Part shown: in pieces, positions 27,125 through 35,845 of the stretch
How the letters are laid out: each line of letters starts with the position of its first letter
Numbering within the stretch: position 1 is the first letter of the stretch
DNA from: Patescibacteria group bacterium
GTDB taxonomy: Bacteria > Patescibacteriota > Microgenomatia > UBA10105 > UBA927
Assembly: GCA_035510735.1 (NCBI GenBank)
Contig: DATKGN010000012.1
Location: 9,013 to 73,012, forward strand
DNA length: 64,000 bases
Reading direction: 5' to 3'
Translations under genes and position numbers: made by a program
Notes under the pieces: generated by a model
What the model saw: only the letters and a program-made list of their open reading frames with translations
The model's database searches: none
Told to the model about the DNA's origin: nothing

Positions 27125-28345
27125 CTATTCAATAGAACTATCAACCAAATGTGATTCATCAATCCGGAAAAATAATGCCCCGGCGATTATACATATTCCC
27201 ATTAATATAAATGCTATTGGGATAGACCGATCTGCTAGGGCGCCAATAACAGGACCCATGACGGCCACATAGAAACTGGAAAGCATCGCAATAAACGATA
27301 ACAGCGTGGCTCTGGTTTCACTTGGTATATGCCTATTCGTATAGTCAATAAAGAGTGGATTTTGAAAAGCTGCCGATCCGTAGTTAAGACAGAAGAACGT
27401 AATTGCCAGCCAGGGACTACTCGTTATTGCCATAAGTCCAAAGAAAATTCCCGGTAACAAAGTAAAAATAAGCAACGCAGTTTTACCTCCTAATTTCTTT
27501 TCTATGAAATACGCGTATTTTGAAGACAGGAGAACGAATGAGCCACCGATGGCATAGGCTAACCCAAACCATTGGCCTTGAATGTGGAGGTTTAGAAAAT
27601 ACGGCTGATATAGGCTAATAAGATATGCCGTAAACGGTGTGGTAAATATTGCTAATACCACTAATCGACTCAATTTTCGATTTTGTTTCAATAGTGAAAT
27701 ACTTTTTGATAACAATTCTTTGGGCGAAAGTTTATGGGTAATTTCTAATCTTTGTGGTTCTTTGATAAATAAGCTTATTAGTAAAGCGATACCCACGCTC
27801 CCGATTGTTAAGAGTATTGCAAGAATAAATCTGCTTGTGACTAATTGAGCTACAATGAAGCTACTTACCCCTGCGCCAAGAATCGTAGATAATCCTTTAT
27901 ACGCCATAATAGACCCCATCGTTTTTTGAGTCTCATTTTGTCTGTTGTTTTCTTTGAGAGAATCAATAATAAGCGCATCAAAAGCACCGCTCCAAAAGGA
28001 AAATCCCAGCCCAGCAGCAATAGCGCAGAGAATAAACATCGGAAAAGAGTTGCTAAACAAAAAGATCGCTTCTCCTAAAAGTTGCAAAATTAAGGCCATG
28101 ACGATTGCTGATTTACGACCATACTTATCTGCAAACATACCTGTAAAAACAGTGGTAAGAACTAAAGTTATTGTTCCAATGCCATTTAGTGATTCAATCT
28201 GAGTGAGACTTAATCCGTGATTTTGATACCATAATGTGGCAATCGGAAGATAAAAGTAGAGCGCTGAAAAGAAGTTAATCAGCGTAGCTTTTGTGATGTT
28301 GTCCCATGTTATGTGGACCAATGATAGTCTATTTGCCATACGCAT
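27125..28345 (-). CDS. MFS transporter
   Basis: 406 aa, 12 TM helices, MFS signature-like G-x-x-x-D-K-x-G-R-K (FADKYGRKSAIV) in loop 2-3. Confidence 0.7.
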   Translation of the reverse strand: MRMANRLSLVHITWDNITKATLINFFSALYFYLPIATLWYQNHGLSLTQIESLNGIGTITLVLTTVFTGMFADKYGRKSAIVMALILQLLGEAIFLFSNSFPMFILCAIAAGLGFSFWSGAFDALIIDSLKENNRQNETQKTMGSIMAYKGLSTILGAGVSSFIVAQLVTSRFILAILLTIGSVGIALLISLFIKEPQRLEITHKLSPKELLSKSISLLKQNRKLSRLVVLAIFTTPFTAYLISLYQPYFLNLHIQGQWFGLAYAIGGSFVLLSSKYAYFIEKKLGGKTALLIFTLLPGIFFGLMAITSSPWLAITFFCLNYGSAAFQNPLFIDYTNRHIPSETRATLLSFIAMLSSFYVAVMGPVIGALADRSIPIAFILMGICIIAGALFFRIDESHLVDSSIE

Positions 28346-28393
28346 ATTCTCTCATAATTCTGAAGGTAATGGCATTAAAGAGGGCTGACGGAG

Positions 28394-28430
28394 GAATAGG
28401 TTCTAAGTTCTTGTAACCCTCGCAACATAG
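28394..28430 (-). repeat. cassette-boundary element, copy 1: AATAGGTTCTAAGTTCTTGTAACCCTCGCAACATAGG (plus-strand read)
   Basis: About 37-nt conserved element between gene A (stop 28625) and the MFS gene (start 28345); a GCTGAC box lies just upstream on the plus strand. Confidence 0.55.
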
Positions 28431-28624
28431 GCCAAATTTTCCGTCATACGGGGCTGTATTAGTTTTTCTTCGTTCTATGAATCAGTGTCCCAGCTTCCAT
28501 ACGTAGTCTAAGGAGATCACGCGAACTAATCTTTCTTTAAACTGTTTCAAAGATTCTTTAAGAAATCTTAGATAGATCAAATAGATTGCTGCTGAGAGGT
28601 TTTTTGAATAAGAATTATCTATAC

Positions 28625-29353
28625 TTATCCTGTTTGCAATAGATATGAATCGTGAAGTTTGACGTAAGCTTCATTGAGATTAGTTTTAAATTGTTCGGGA
28701 TCGGTAGGTAATGAATACTGGGTGGGATTTGGATAAAATACTAAATTATCAACGCCACTCTCTTCAAGTTTATACGCATTTTTTAGGTGTTTATATTCAT
28801 AGTATATATTTGCATGTACCCAATGGTTATTTGCTAGATTGATGCCGTAAGATTCATAATTTGGATCATCATAATGATGTAAGGTTACCAAAAGGCTGTC
28901 TGATAGCATTTCGGGGCGACCCGCTTCTTTATGTGAACTAACACCTCCGCCCTGACTCATGCCTGTTCCAGGATAGGAAACATTGTCGACAACAGTTACT
29001 AAAGGTCTTCCCTTCCAAGTTTTGTATGTAAAAGCGAATTGCAGGTGAACAGTTGCTGAATCTATGGAATGATTGGTTGTGACAGTGTCTTTTTTAATAG
29101 GGTTGCCGATAATATCCGCGATTTTTTGAAATCGTTGTTGTACACCAAAAACATCATTAAATTCCACAAGTTTTGCAATTTCTAATTGAACTTTTTTATC
29201 TCGCACTGCAAGTCTGGAAATTTCATCCTGCTGTTTTGCTAATAATTGCTGTTGTTCAGAAAGTGTTAGATTGGTTTTTGATACTGCTTTTGCATCCCTC
29301 AGTTCTTTAGGTCTTCCTTGAAGGCGTTTGGCTAAATCTTCTAAGTCGTTCAT
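28625..29353 (-). CDS. hypothetical protein A (coiled-coil N-terminus, Tyr/His-rich C-terminal domain)
   Basis: 242-aa ORF with good coding periodicity and no recognisable family; C-terminal HHYDDPNYESYGINLANNHWVHANIYYEYKH; AT-rich. Confidence 0.5.
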   Translation of the reverse strand: MNDLEDLAKRLQGRPKELRDAKAVSKTNLTLSEQQQLLAKQQDEISRLAVRDKKVQLEIAKLVEFNDVFGVQQRFQKIADIIGNPIKKDTVTTNHSIDSATVHLQFAFTYKTWKGRPLVTVVDNVSYPGTGMSQGGGVSSHKEAGRPEMLSDSLLVTLHHYDDPNYESYGINLANNHWVHANIYYEYKHLKNAYKLEESGVDNLVFYPNPTQYSLPTDPEQFKTNLNEAYVKLHDSYLLQTG

Positions 29354-29515
29354 ATAGATTATTCTGACAGGCTAATTATAGCACGTAAGGTAAAATTTTT
29401 CGTGCTACATAACAGTTAACATTTTTCCGTATAAAACTGCTGGAATAGGAGATGCTGACCCGTCTTATGATTTGAACAACAGTCGGATAACCATACTATG
29501 CCTACAAAGATATGT

Positions 29516-29556
29516 AATAGGTTCTAAGTTCTTGTAAACCCGCAAAAAATATAAGG
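29516..29556 (-). repeat. cassette-boundary element, copy 2: AATAGGTTCTAAGTTCTTGTAAACCCGCAAAAAATATAAGG
   Basis: 38-74 nt 3' of gene B's stop and about 165 nt 5' of gene A's start; the downstream TAGAGCG is shared with copy 0. Confidence 0.55.
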
Positions 29557-29594
29557 ATAGAGCGTCTATATGTTCTATTTATTATTTTGATTTT

Positions 29595-30257
29595 TTACTC
29601 TGATTCTTGAGCGACAACATTGGCTCTGGGGAAAATTTCGTGAGTTGGTGAGTAGTCATCAGAAATAAAACCAACTTTCAGCATTGAGCGAACAGCATCT
29701 AATTGATTTTTTTCTCCCTGTTCAGCGAGGATCACTGCGGCCTCAATTGCCGCACCAGTAAACCAACCTCCTGCTATTTCCTGCTCTTTATTCGTATTTG
29801 GAATACCTAATGTAATAGCTGTGAATCTTCCCCAAAAATCCCACAGATACCAACGAAACACGTCTGGCGGATTACCATTGTTGATCAAGTTAGGCTTCCG
29901 ATATATAGTGCCGGTTTCTTTGTTGCCGGTTTTAATGAGCTCCATCAGTGCCTGTGTCCAGCGCTGCCGTTCAGGGCGATTGGTGTAAGCAAAGGGGATA
30001 GGAAGTTCGAGGGCATCTTTCGTTGTTAGTATTGTATGAGCCTGGTTAACGGCAGCCAGTCCTTGAGTGTGATTACCTGATTTGAGAAGAAGATTAACTT
30101 TTTGTACTGATTTGCTGAGGGTTGTAATTTCTCGAAAGAGAAGTCCTTCTGTAGAGATAACAGTGCTGATAGCCTCTTGTAGTTGTAAACCCTCATCCGC
30201 GAGGTAGCGTGTAATACCTCGAAAGGTCACCTCAAGTCTTTGTTCCTGCGAAATCAT
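29595..30257 (-). CDS. hypothetical protein B
   Basis: 220-aa ORF with no recognisable family (…PDVFRWYLWDFWGRFTAITLGIPNTNKEQEIAGGWFTGAAIEAAV…). A TGcTATAAT extended -10 lies 6 nt upstream of the ATG, suggesting a near-leaderless mRNA. Confidence 0.5.
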   Translation of the reverse strand: MISQEQRLEVTFRGITRYLADEGLQLQEAISTVISTEGLLFREITTLSKSVQKVNLLLKSGNHTQGLAAVNQAHTILTTKDALELPIPFAYTNRPERQRWTQALMELIKTGNKETGTIYRKPNLINNGNPPDVFRWYLWDFWGRFTAITLGIPNTNKEQEIAGGWFTGAAIEAAVILAEQGEKNQLDAVRSMLKVGFISDDYSPTHEIFPRANVVAQESE

Positions 30258-30340
30258 GGTCGGATTATAGCATGGGGAGCGTCCTTATGATCAATGTTGC
30301 CAATCTATCATTCTGTAATATGATTGATAGTTGGAAAGAT

Positions 30341-30376
30341 AGTAGGTTCTAAATTCTTGTTGCCCCGCAACATAGG
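30341..30376 (-). repeat. cassette-boundary element, copy 3: AGTAGGTTCTAAATTCTTGTTGCCCCGCAACATAGG
   Basis: 21-58 nt 3' of gene C's stop and about 85 nt 5' of gene B's start; GTTGC-CCC-GCAAC forms a perfect 5-bp hairpin in this copy. Confidence 0.55.
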
Positions 30377-30400
30377 TGATTTGGAGCTTATTGTGAGTAT

Positions 30401-31177
30401 TTACAAAGCGTTAACAAGGGCTTTGATCGCTTCTGAAAAGTCAGAAATTTCTATATCTTTATAGATCCAACCAATCTCGTCCATGCCTGTTGCGTACGAA
30501 CATTCGTGATAGCGAGATGGTTTGGTTAAGACGGCGTTGATAGGGTTTTCTCCGACTTGTGTGCCAAATGATTGTAAATAGTCATTCAGGGAATGTATTT
30601 CTTTCGCAATATACTTGGTTTGCGGAGGGCTATTTGAGATTGCAATGATGGTTCCGGAAAAACCCATGAATCGCAGTAATATTGCAAAATGAGTTGCATT
30701 TGGATGATAAAGATCATCTGGCATTACACCGCTTACGGACCAATTGCCTCGGTCTGGTTTTTTTATCGGTTCAAACGCAACCCCGCGCTTTTGTGCAATA
30801 AGTGACAGCATATTTTCTGTTGGCTTCCAATCGCCCCAATTTGTTTCATATTTGTTGTCTAATACCACGACATCGGCCGCGCGGTCCATTAACCCCAACG
30901 CCTTTACCATAAGATCATCCCCGCTGGCTGCGGTGAGTATTTCAGGCTGTGCCAGAGAAGGAGATGCTTGAAGAACGGAGCTCCAAGCTTGACTTGTCCA
31001 AGCAGCGGATCCTTCTTCATCATCTGCAATAACCACCCGTATACTTCCAGGTACCTCGCTTGATTTTAGTGACTCAAAATTCATAGTTTTGTAATCCCCC
31101 GCAACAAAATTAGTTTGGCTATTTCCAAACAAATGATACGTTATATTATTTTTTCCCCATTGCCTGATAATCGTCAA
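30401..31177 (-). CDS. hypothetical protein C (possibly an SGNH/GDSL-like hydrolase fold)
   Basis: 258 aa. A C-terminal D-x-x-H-P block (PDDLYHPNATH) resembles SGNH block V, and an N-terminal VVIADDEEGS block may correspond to block I; the similarity is weak. The first 31 codons overlap the sulfatase 3' end; an alternative start at 31084 (MNFESLK), preceded by GGGGGA, avoids the overlap. Confidence 0.45.
   Translation of the reverse strand: MTIIRQWGKNNITYHLFGNSQTNFVAGDYKTMNFESLKSSEVPGSIRVVIADDEEGSAAWTSQAWSSVLQASPSLAQPEILTAASGDDLMVKALGLMDRAADVVVLDNKYETNWGDWKPTENMLSLIAQKRGVAFEPIKKPDRGNWSVSGVMPDDLYHPNATHFAILLRFMGFSGTIIAISNSPPQTKYIAKEIHSLNDYLQSFGTQVGENPINAVLTKPSRYHECSYATGMDEIGWIYKDIEISDFSEAIKALVNAL
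31086..31110 (-). repeat. cassette-boundary element, copy 4 (TTTGTAATCCCCCGCAACAAAAT), 36-60 nt 3' of the sulfatase stop
   Basis: Same YTTGTAAYCCCCGCAACA core. It overlaps the SD/5' end of gene C depending on the start choice. Confidence 0.45.
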
Positions 31178-32687
31178 AAAGCGTACGCGCGATGTCCAGA
31201 TGTGAAAACAGAACGTTATTTTGTTCTCCCGGGTCTTTTTGAATATCGTAGAGCTCAGTAGGGAGCCATTGATTATCCTTTGGGTATAAAAATAATTTCC
31301 AGTTGCCGCGACGCAAGGTTCTATTTAACTCAACATCGCCATCCGCAACGAGGATGCGGTCGGGGAGAGGTGTACCGCCGATTGCAGGCACAAGGCTTAA
31401 TCCCTGATACGTATTGTGGGTTTTTATGCCGACGATATCGAGAATCGTCGGGAGTAAATCGACGGATTGTACGTTTGCATCGATCGTTTTTTTTGCCGTG
31501 TTTGGAATGTACATAATAAGCGGAATTCTGATATTGGAGTCGTAGGTGGTTGCATGTTCTATTTGTCCATGCTCCATAAATTCCTCTCCGTGATCGGCAG
31601 TTATGATGACGATGGTGTTGTCGCGTACTGTTTTGTCCTGCAAAAATGCGAGAAGGTTTGCAATCCGGGATGTGTCCATTTCATGAATCCGCTGATCATA
31701 TAAGGCTCGGAGATAATCAACGTTAGTAGAATTTTTCGTATCAATATGCTCTCTATATAGAATGCTGTAACTGTAATATGCGGAAATCGGTTTAGTATCA
31801 ATGGGATCTTCCATTTGGGCTTTTTGAATGATATTTCGCATCTTGTCGTAGTCTCCGGGATACTTTTTTAAATCGTTAACAAGAGCGGTGAGCGTTTTTG
31901 CTTCTCCAGGGCCAAGATTGTGTTTTTGTACATCATCTGGTATCTGCTGGATAAGAAAATTAATAACATCATTGGTCATTACCCTGAGCTCACTGTGTTT
32001 TGTCGGGATTGTGGGAACGATGGTTTTCGCATAAAGGAACGGGCGGTCATCAATAAGATACGGCGCATGGACGTCATACGTGTGGAGAAATAAAAACGTT
32101 TTTTTTCCGTTTTCAACATTCGTTTTGAAATCAGTAAGGGCGCTGTCCCATGAAATCGTATCCTCGTTATATATTTCATCAATGCCGCGGTTATAGACAG
32201 AGTAGATTGGAAGCGTATTGTCATTGATTCCCATAAGGAACGATGTTGTATAGCCATTGTCTTTCAATATTTGCGGAAGAAACGGAACGCTACGGCTGAG
32301 GTAATTGCTCTCATCAATCACGCCGTGCGTGTACGGATATAATCCCGTGAAAATTGAAACATGGCTCGGAAGCGTCCATGTGGCGTTTGAGTACATATGA
32401 CTGAAGAAGATGCTATTTTTTGCAAGTAGACAAAGATTAGGTGCCGTGTCACGGGAATATCCGTAACAAGGGAGATGGTTGGCGCTTAATGTGTCGAGTG
32501 ATACCAGAATGATATTGCAATGCACACATAGTGGTTTTGGAGCTTGAAAATGGGCCACAATCTGTGTATGAAATCTAATAATGAGGAATAAAAAAAGGAT
32601 TATTTCAACACCAGTGAGTATCCACAAAAATTTTTGGTATTTGCGTGAAAGCCGCATATTTTTTATGCTAGTAGATAATGGGTCCAT
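31146..32687 (-). CDS. sulfatase-family protein (LTA synthase/arylsulfatase-like) with an N-terminal TM anchor
   Basis: ILVSLDTLSANHLPCYGYSRDTAPNL...SNATWTLPSHVSIFTGLYPYTHGV...TADHGEEF matches the sulfatase metal-binding core. A Cys in the CxxxR-like position is not obvious, so it may be LtaS/EptA-like rather than a true arylsulfatase. Confidence 0.65.
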   Translation of the reverse strand: MDPLSTSIKNMRLSRKYQKFLWILTGVEIILFLFLIIRFHTQIVAHFQAPKPLCVHCNIILVSLDTLSANHLPCYGYSRDTAPNLCLLAKNSIFFSHMYSNATWTLPSHVSIFTGLYPYTHGVIDESNYLSRSVPFLPQILKDNGYTTSFLMGINDNTLPIYSVYNRGIDEIYNEDTISWDSALTDFKTNVENGKKTFLFLHTYDVHAPYLIDDRPFLYAKTIVPTIPTKHSELRVMTNDVINFLIQQIPDDVQKHNLGPGEAKTLTALVNDLKKYPGDYDKMRNIIQKAQMEDPIDTKPISAYYSYSILYREHIDTKNSTNVDYLRALYDQRIHEMDTSRIANLLAFLQDKTVRDNTIVIITADHGEEFMEHGQIEHATTYDSNIRIPLIMYIPNTAKKTIDANVQSVDLLPTILDIVGIKTHNTYQGLSLVPAIGGTPLPDRILVADGDVELNRTLRRGNWKLFLYPKDNQWLPTELYDIQKDPGEQNNVLFSHLDIARTLFDDYQAMGKK

Positions 32688-33316
32688 TTACAATGATAGC
32701 GCGGCGGCTGCTTTTTATTTTCGGTGTCGTTCTGATAATCTTCGTCGGTTACATTCTGATTAAGAATTTGTTTTCCTGTAATGCATATCGGTGTCTCGTG
32801 TTTTCCGGCAAAGGGTCATGGCGTACCCGCGAAGTGTATGAGGAAACACAAACGGCGTGGCGCGGTCTCATTAACGATCCGAGATTTCTTGTACGCCTTG
32901 AAGAAGTGAGGAACGTTGATGCAAAAAGCGCAAACGAACTGACGAAGATTACCGTCATGAAGCTTTTAGGTTTATTTGATTCGGCGCGGTCACCATACCC
33001 GGGGGCAATTACGAATGAAGTTGTGTGTCAGGATGATTTTAAACCGAAAGGCGGCGTATTTACGAACACTGTCGGTGTCGACGTGTCATTTTATACGGGG
33101 TATCTTGACAGCCGTATGCAGTACGGCAGTTGTGTCGAGGATCAGGTAGCCTATCACGGGAGTCTCGGTATATTTTACTGTCCGAATATTCGGGAGTGGT
33201 ATGAAGTGGAACTTATAGCTCCTAAAGGGAAAACCGAGCCTTCGGACTGGTACAAATCATTATTTTATACCGTTCATTGTCGAAATCCCGGCATTTCGTC
33301 CGGTTTGACTTTTTGA
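32678..33316 (+). CDS. hypothetical membrane-anchored protein, divergent from the sulfatase gene
   Basis: 212 aa with an N-terminal TM helix (LLFIFGVVLIIFVGYILI), Cys-containing ectodomain, and no family match. Confidence 0.4.
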   Translation: MGPFTMIARRLLFIFGVVLIIFVGYILIKNLFSCNAYRCLVFSGKGSWRTREVYEETQTAWRGLINDPRFLVRLEEVRNVDAKSANELTKITVMKLLGLFDSARSPYPGAITNEVVCQDDFKPKGGVFTNTVGVDVSFYTGYLDSRMQYGSCVEDQVAYHGSLGIFYCPNIREWYEVELIAPKGKTEPSDWYKSLFYTVHCRNPGISSGLTF

Positions 33317-33333
33317 CGTTGAAATGCGATAAT
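33305..33333 (+). promoter_or_regulatory. strong sigma70-like promoter (TTGACT - 17 nt - GATAAT) overlapping the stop of the preceding gene
   Basis: TTGACT at 33305-33310 and GATAAT at 33328-33333, with no ORF downstream for about 480 nt. Confidence 0.45.
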
Positions 33334-33339
33334 CTATTT

Positions 33340-33505
33340 TAGTTGAATCAAACGCGCTGATCCGGATGGTTGGAACCGGGGAGCGGCACAAAAGTATGTG
33401 ACGGAGGCGAAACCGTAAAAGGCTGCAACATATGTCGCATAAGCGGAGTATGTCATGAATGAGGTTACCTCATTATTTTGACGAACTCCCCGCAAGGGGA
33501 TTTTT
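33340..33505 (+). ncRNA. candidate small RNA of about 165 nt, bounded by the promoter above and tandem intrinsic terminators
   Basis: Predicted TSS near 33340. An AATGAGG-TTA-CCTCATT hairpin plus U-tract lies at about 33460-33480, and a UCCCC-GCAA-GGGGA hairpin plus UUUUUU at 33486-33505. Internal GC-rich helices are present and no ORF exceeds 8 codons. Confidence 0.35.
33486..33505 (+). terminator. Rho-independent terminator (CTCCCC-GCAA-GGGGA + T6)
   Basis: Seen directly in the sequence. Confidence 0.5.
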
Positions 33506-33710
33506 TGATGGCTCGTTAACGAATGAATTCGTATTCGTGAGTTTATGAGCCGATCAATCCTCCTAACGTCGCTCCTTGAGCCGCGCTACGAATAGTAGGG
33601 CGGCCCGCAATGCTTCGCAATGCGAGGCGGACGGGTAAAGCGAAAGGGAAGATGGGGAGGGTGTAGGTCAAAGTGAGTTAACGAATCAAGGTGGCACAGT
33701 CCCGGAGTGG

Positions 33711-33766
33711 GCCCTTGGAGATTTCTTTTGTCGTGGCGGCAAAAGAAGTTTGCAAGGGCTTTTTTG
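33711..33766 (+). terminator. long imperfect hairpin (GCCCTTG...TTTCTTTTG...CAAAAGAA...CAAGGGC) followed by T6; terminator or attenuator before the next CDS
   Basis: Seen in the sequence; it closes a second structured GC-rich noncoding stretch (33516-33766). Confidence 0.35.
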
Positions 33767-33810
33767 TGTTTATGCGAGCCTGTTGTTACGTATTTAATAA
33801 GGATAAATAT

Positions 33811-34383
33811 ATGGGAATAGAAGCTGTATCAGCATATTTTAATATCGAAAACCCGAATAGAAGGGGATCACAAGTTATGGGACAAAGAGCGGTTGAATTG
33901 GCGGGGGAGCCGTTTCTGTTGCACGAGGATGTATTTAGCAGTGAGCAGGTAGAACGTATGAAGAAAACATCGTATCACTTAGGTACGGGTCATCGGCAAT
34001 TTTTTGGATTTGACCGATATCCGGAGACGATCATTATGACTGATAACGCGCATAACTGTTTGGCCGGGCTGTGTATGCTCGACAAAGGAATTTTTGTTTT
34101 TCATGATCCGCCAATGAAAATTTCAAGAGCCAAACTGTCACCTCCAAGAGGAAAGATAAAAGAGAAAATAATCGGCGGAGCGCTGGATTATTGGAGGGCG
34201 ACTCAGGCGATGTATGAGCGCGAATGTGGCTCAGGCTTTCAGTATATACAAAAACCTGAAGGTCATAGTGAGAATGTGGATTATAGCTTTGCTTTTGTTA
34301 TTGATATGGCTCAAAGAACGGTGACCTATGGGTATTATTACAACCCAAAAGGAATAAGTGGTGATGGATGGATTTGGGATTAA
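33811..34383 (+). CDS. hypothetical protein
   Basis: ATG at 33811 with an AAGGA RBS (MGIEAVSAYF...). Contains NAHNCLAGLCML and a later EGHSEN, compatible with but not diagnostic of a papain-like Cys/His pair. The track ORF from 33691 extends into the structured leader. Confidence 0.4.
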   Translation: MGIEAVSAYFNIENPNRRGSQVMGQRAVELAGEPFLLHEDVFSSEQVERMKKTSYHLGTGHRQFFGFDRYPETIIMTDNAHNCLAGLCMLDKGIFVFHDPPMKISRAKLSPPRGKIKEKIIGGALDYWRATQAMYERECGSGFQYIQKPEGHSENVDYSFAFVIDMAQRTVTYGYYYNPKGISGDGWIWD

Positions 34384-34483
34384 TATGAATAGAACCTATT
34401 GGATAAAAACAAAAGGCCGGGAATATTGGCGAAGCAATCCGCTTGTTATTCCTGTATAAATTTAGTTTTTTTTGGAGGATAGT

Positions 34484-35791
34484 ATGAAACAAAATATATT
34501 AGGAAGCCGGGAGCTTCCGGAAACGTATCTCAATCTCCCGTATTATTTGAATAAATATTTGGGCGAGCTCTCTCCCCCGCCGCTTGATCCAAAGACGATG
34601 CAGCCTGTAGGACCGGGAGCGCTTGCGCCGCTTTTCCCGATGGCACTTATCAAACAGGAGGTTTCTCTGGAAAAAGAGATTCCTATCCCGGGCGAAGTAC
34701 GGGAGTTGTACGAGATGTACAGACCAACGCCGCTTATCCGGGCTAAACGGTTGGAGCGACTGCTCGATACGCCCGCGCGTATCTATTTTAAATATGAGGG
34801 GGCGTCACCGGTTGGGAGCCATAAACTCAACACCGCCCTAGCACAAGCGTATTACAACAGGAAGGAAGGAATTCTTGCGCTTACTACCGAGACGGGAGCG
34901 GGTCAATGGGGGAGCGCACTTGCACTTGCCTGTCGGCTGTTCGGTCTCCGATGTCGCGTATTTATGGTACGGGCGTCCTATGATCAAAAGCCGTACCGGC
35001 GGACAGTGATGGAGCTGTACGGCGCGAGAGTCAGTGCAAGCCCGTCAACGGAGACGGAGGCAGGGCGTTCTTTTTTGGCGAAGGATCCTGCAACGTCCGG
35101 GAGCTTAGGGATGGCAATTTCAGAGGCCATTGAGGTAGCCGCATCGCACACCCTCACGCACTATGCGCTAGGAAGCGTCCTTAATCATGTGCTTTTGCAC
35201 CAGACCATTATCGGTCAGGAGGCGAAAAAGCAGCTTGAGAAGGAGGGAGTGTATCCCGACATTGTCATCGGGTGCTGCGGCGGGGGAAGCAATCTCGCGG
35301 GGATCAGTTTTCCCTTTCTTGCGGATAAACTTTCCGGCCATACGAAGCATCTTCGCGTGGTTGCGGTTGAACCGACCGCGTGTCCGAGTCTGACGAAAGG
35401 CGAGTATCGCTACGATTCGGGAGACACGGCAGGGATGACGCCACGTCTTAAGATGTACACGATGGGAAGTGATTTTATGCCGTCACCCATCCATGCCGGA
35501 GGCTTGCGGTATCACGGCGACTCGCCTTTAGTGAGTTTTTTGTACCACAAAAAACTCATTGAAGCCATCGCGTATGACCAGAAAGAGGTGTTTGAGGCTG
35601 CGCGGACGTTCGCCGGGTCTGAAGGAATCATCCCTGCGCCGGAATCGGCGCATGCTATACGTCACGCAATCGTTGAAGCGCGGCGGGCAAAAGAAGAGGG
35701 TAAGAAGAAAACAATCTTATTTAACCTCTCCGGGCACGGGCTTTTGGACCTGGGCGCATATGAAGAGTTTTTGAAAGGAAGGATGAAGTAA
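34484..35791 (+). CDS. TrpB-like PLP-dependent enzyme (tryptophan synthase beta-related family)
   Basis: ATG at 34484 with a [21 protein letters not shown]...[22 protein letters not shown] (PLP-Lys context) ...[15 protein letters not shown]...[12 protein letters not shown] has the TrpB/CysK fold II signature but a TrpB-related architecture of about 435 aa. Confidence 0.55.
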   Translation: MKQNILGSRELPETYLNLPYYLNKYLGELSPPPLDPKTMQPVGPGALAPLFPMALIKQEVSLEKEIPIPGEVRELYEMYRPTPLIRAKRLERLLDTPARIYFKYEGASPVGSHKLNTALAQAYYNRKEGILALTTETGAGQWGSALALACRLFGLRCRVFMVRASYDQKPYRRTVMELYGARVSASPSTETEAGRSFLAKDPATSGSLGMAISEAIEVAASHTLTHYALGSVLNHVLLHQTIIGQEAKKQLEKEGVYPDIVIGCCGGGSNLAGISFPFLADKLSGHTKHLRVVAVEPTACPSLTKGEYRYDSGDTAGMTPRLKMYTMGSDFMPSPIHAGGLRYHGDSPLVSFLYHKKLIEAIAYDQKEVFEAARTFAGSEGIIPAPESAHAIRHAIVEARRAKEEGKKKTILFNLSGHGLLDLGAYEEFLKGRMK

Positions 35792-35845
35792 TGGAAAGGC
35801 GACGGCCTGTTATTAAATAGGCCGTCGCCACAAACAGGAGTTTAT

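Noticed and set aside
26748-27162. Two small minus-strand ORFs (67 and 98 aa) in the 26736-27124 region
   Set aside because: They overlap each other and the MFS gene end, have no RBS and poor codon periodicity, and the region contains promoter, palindrome and hairpin features. It is better explained as a noncoding leader.
33320-33700. tmRNA (ssrA) in the structured intergenic region
   Set aside because: A 5' GCGCUGAUCCGGAU... stretch loosely resembles the tmRNA 5' end, but there is no tRNA-like T-arm/acceptor 3' end and no recognisable tag-peptide reading frame ending in a stop after ...AA on either strand.
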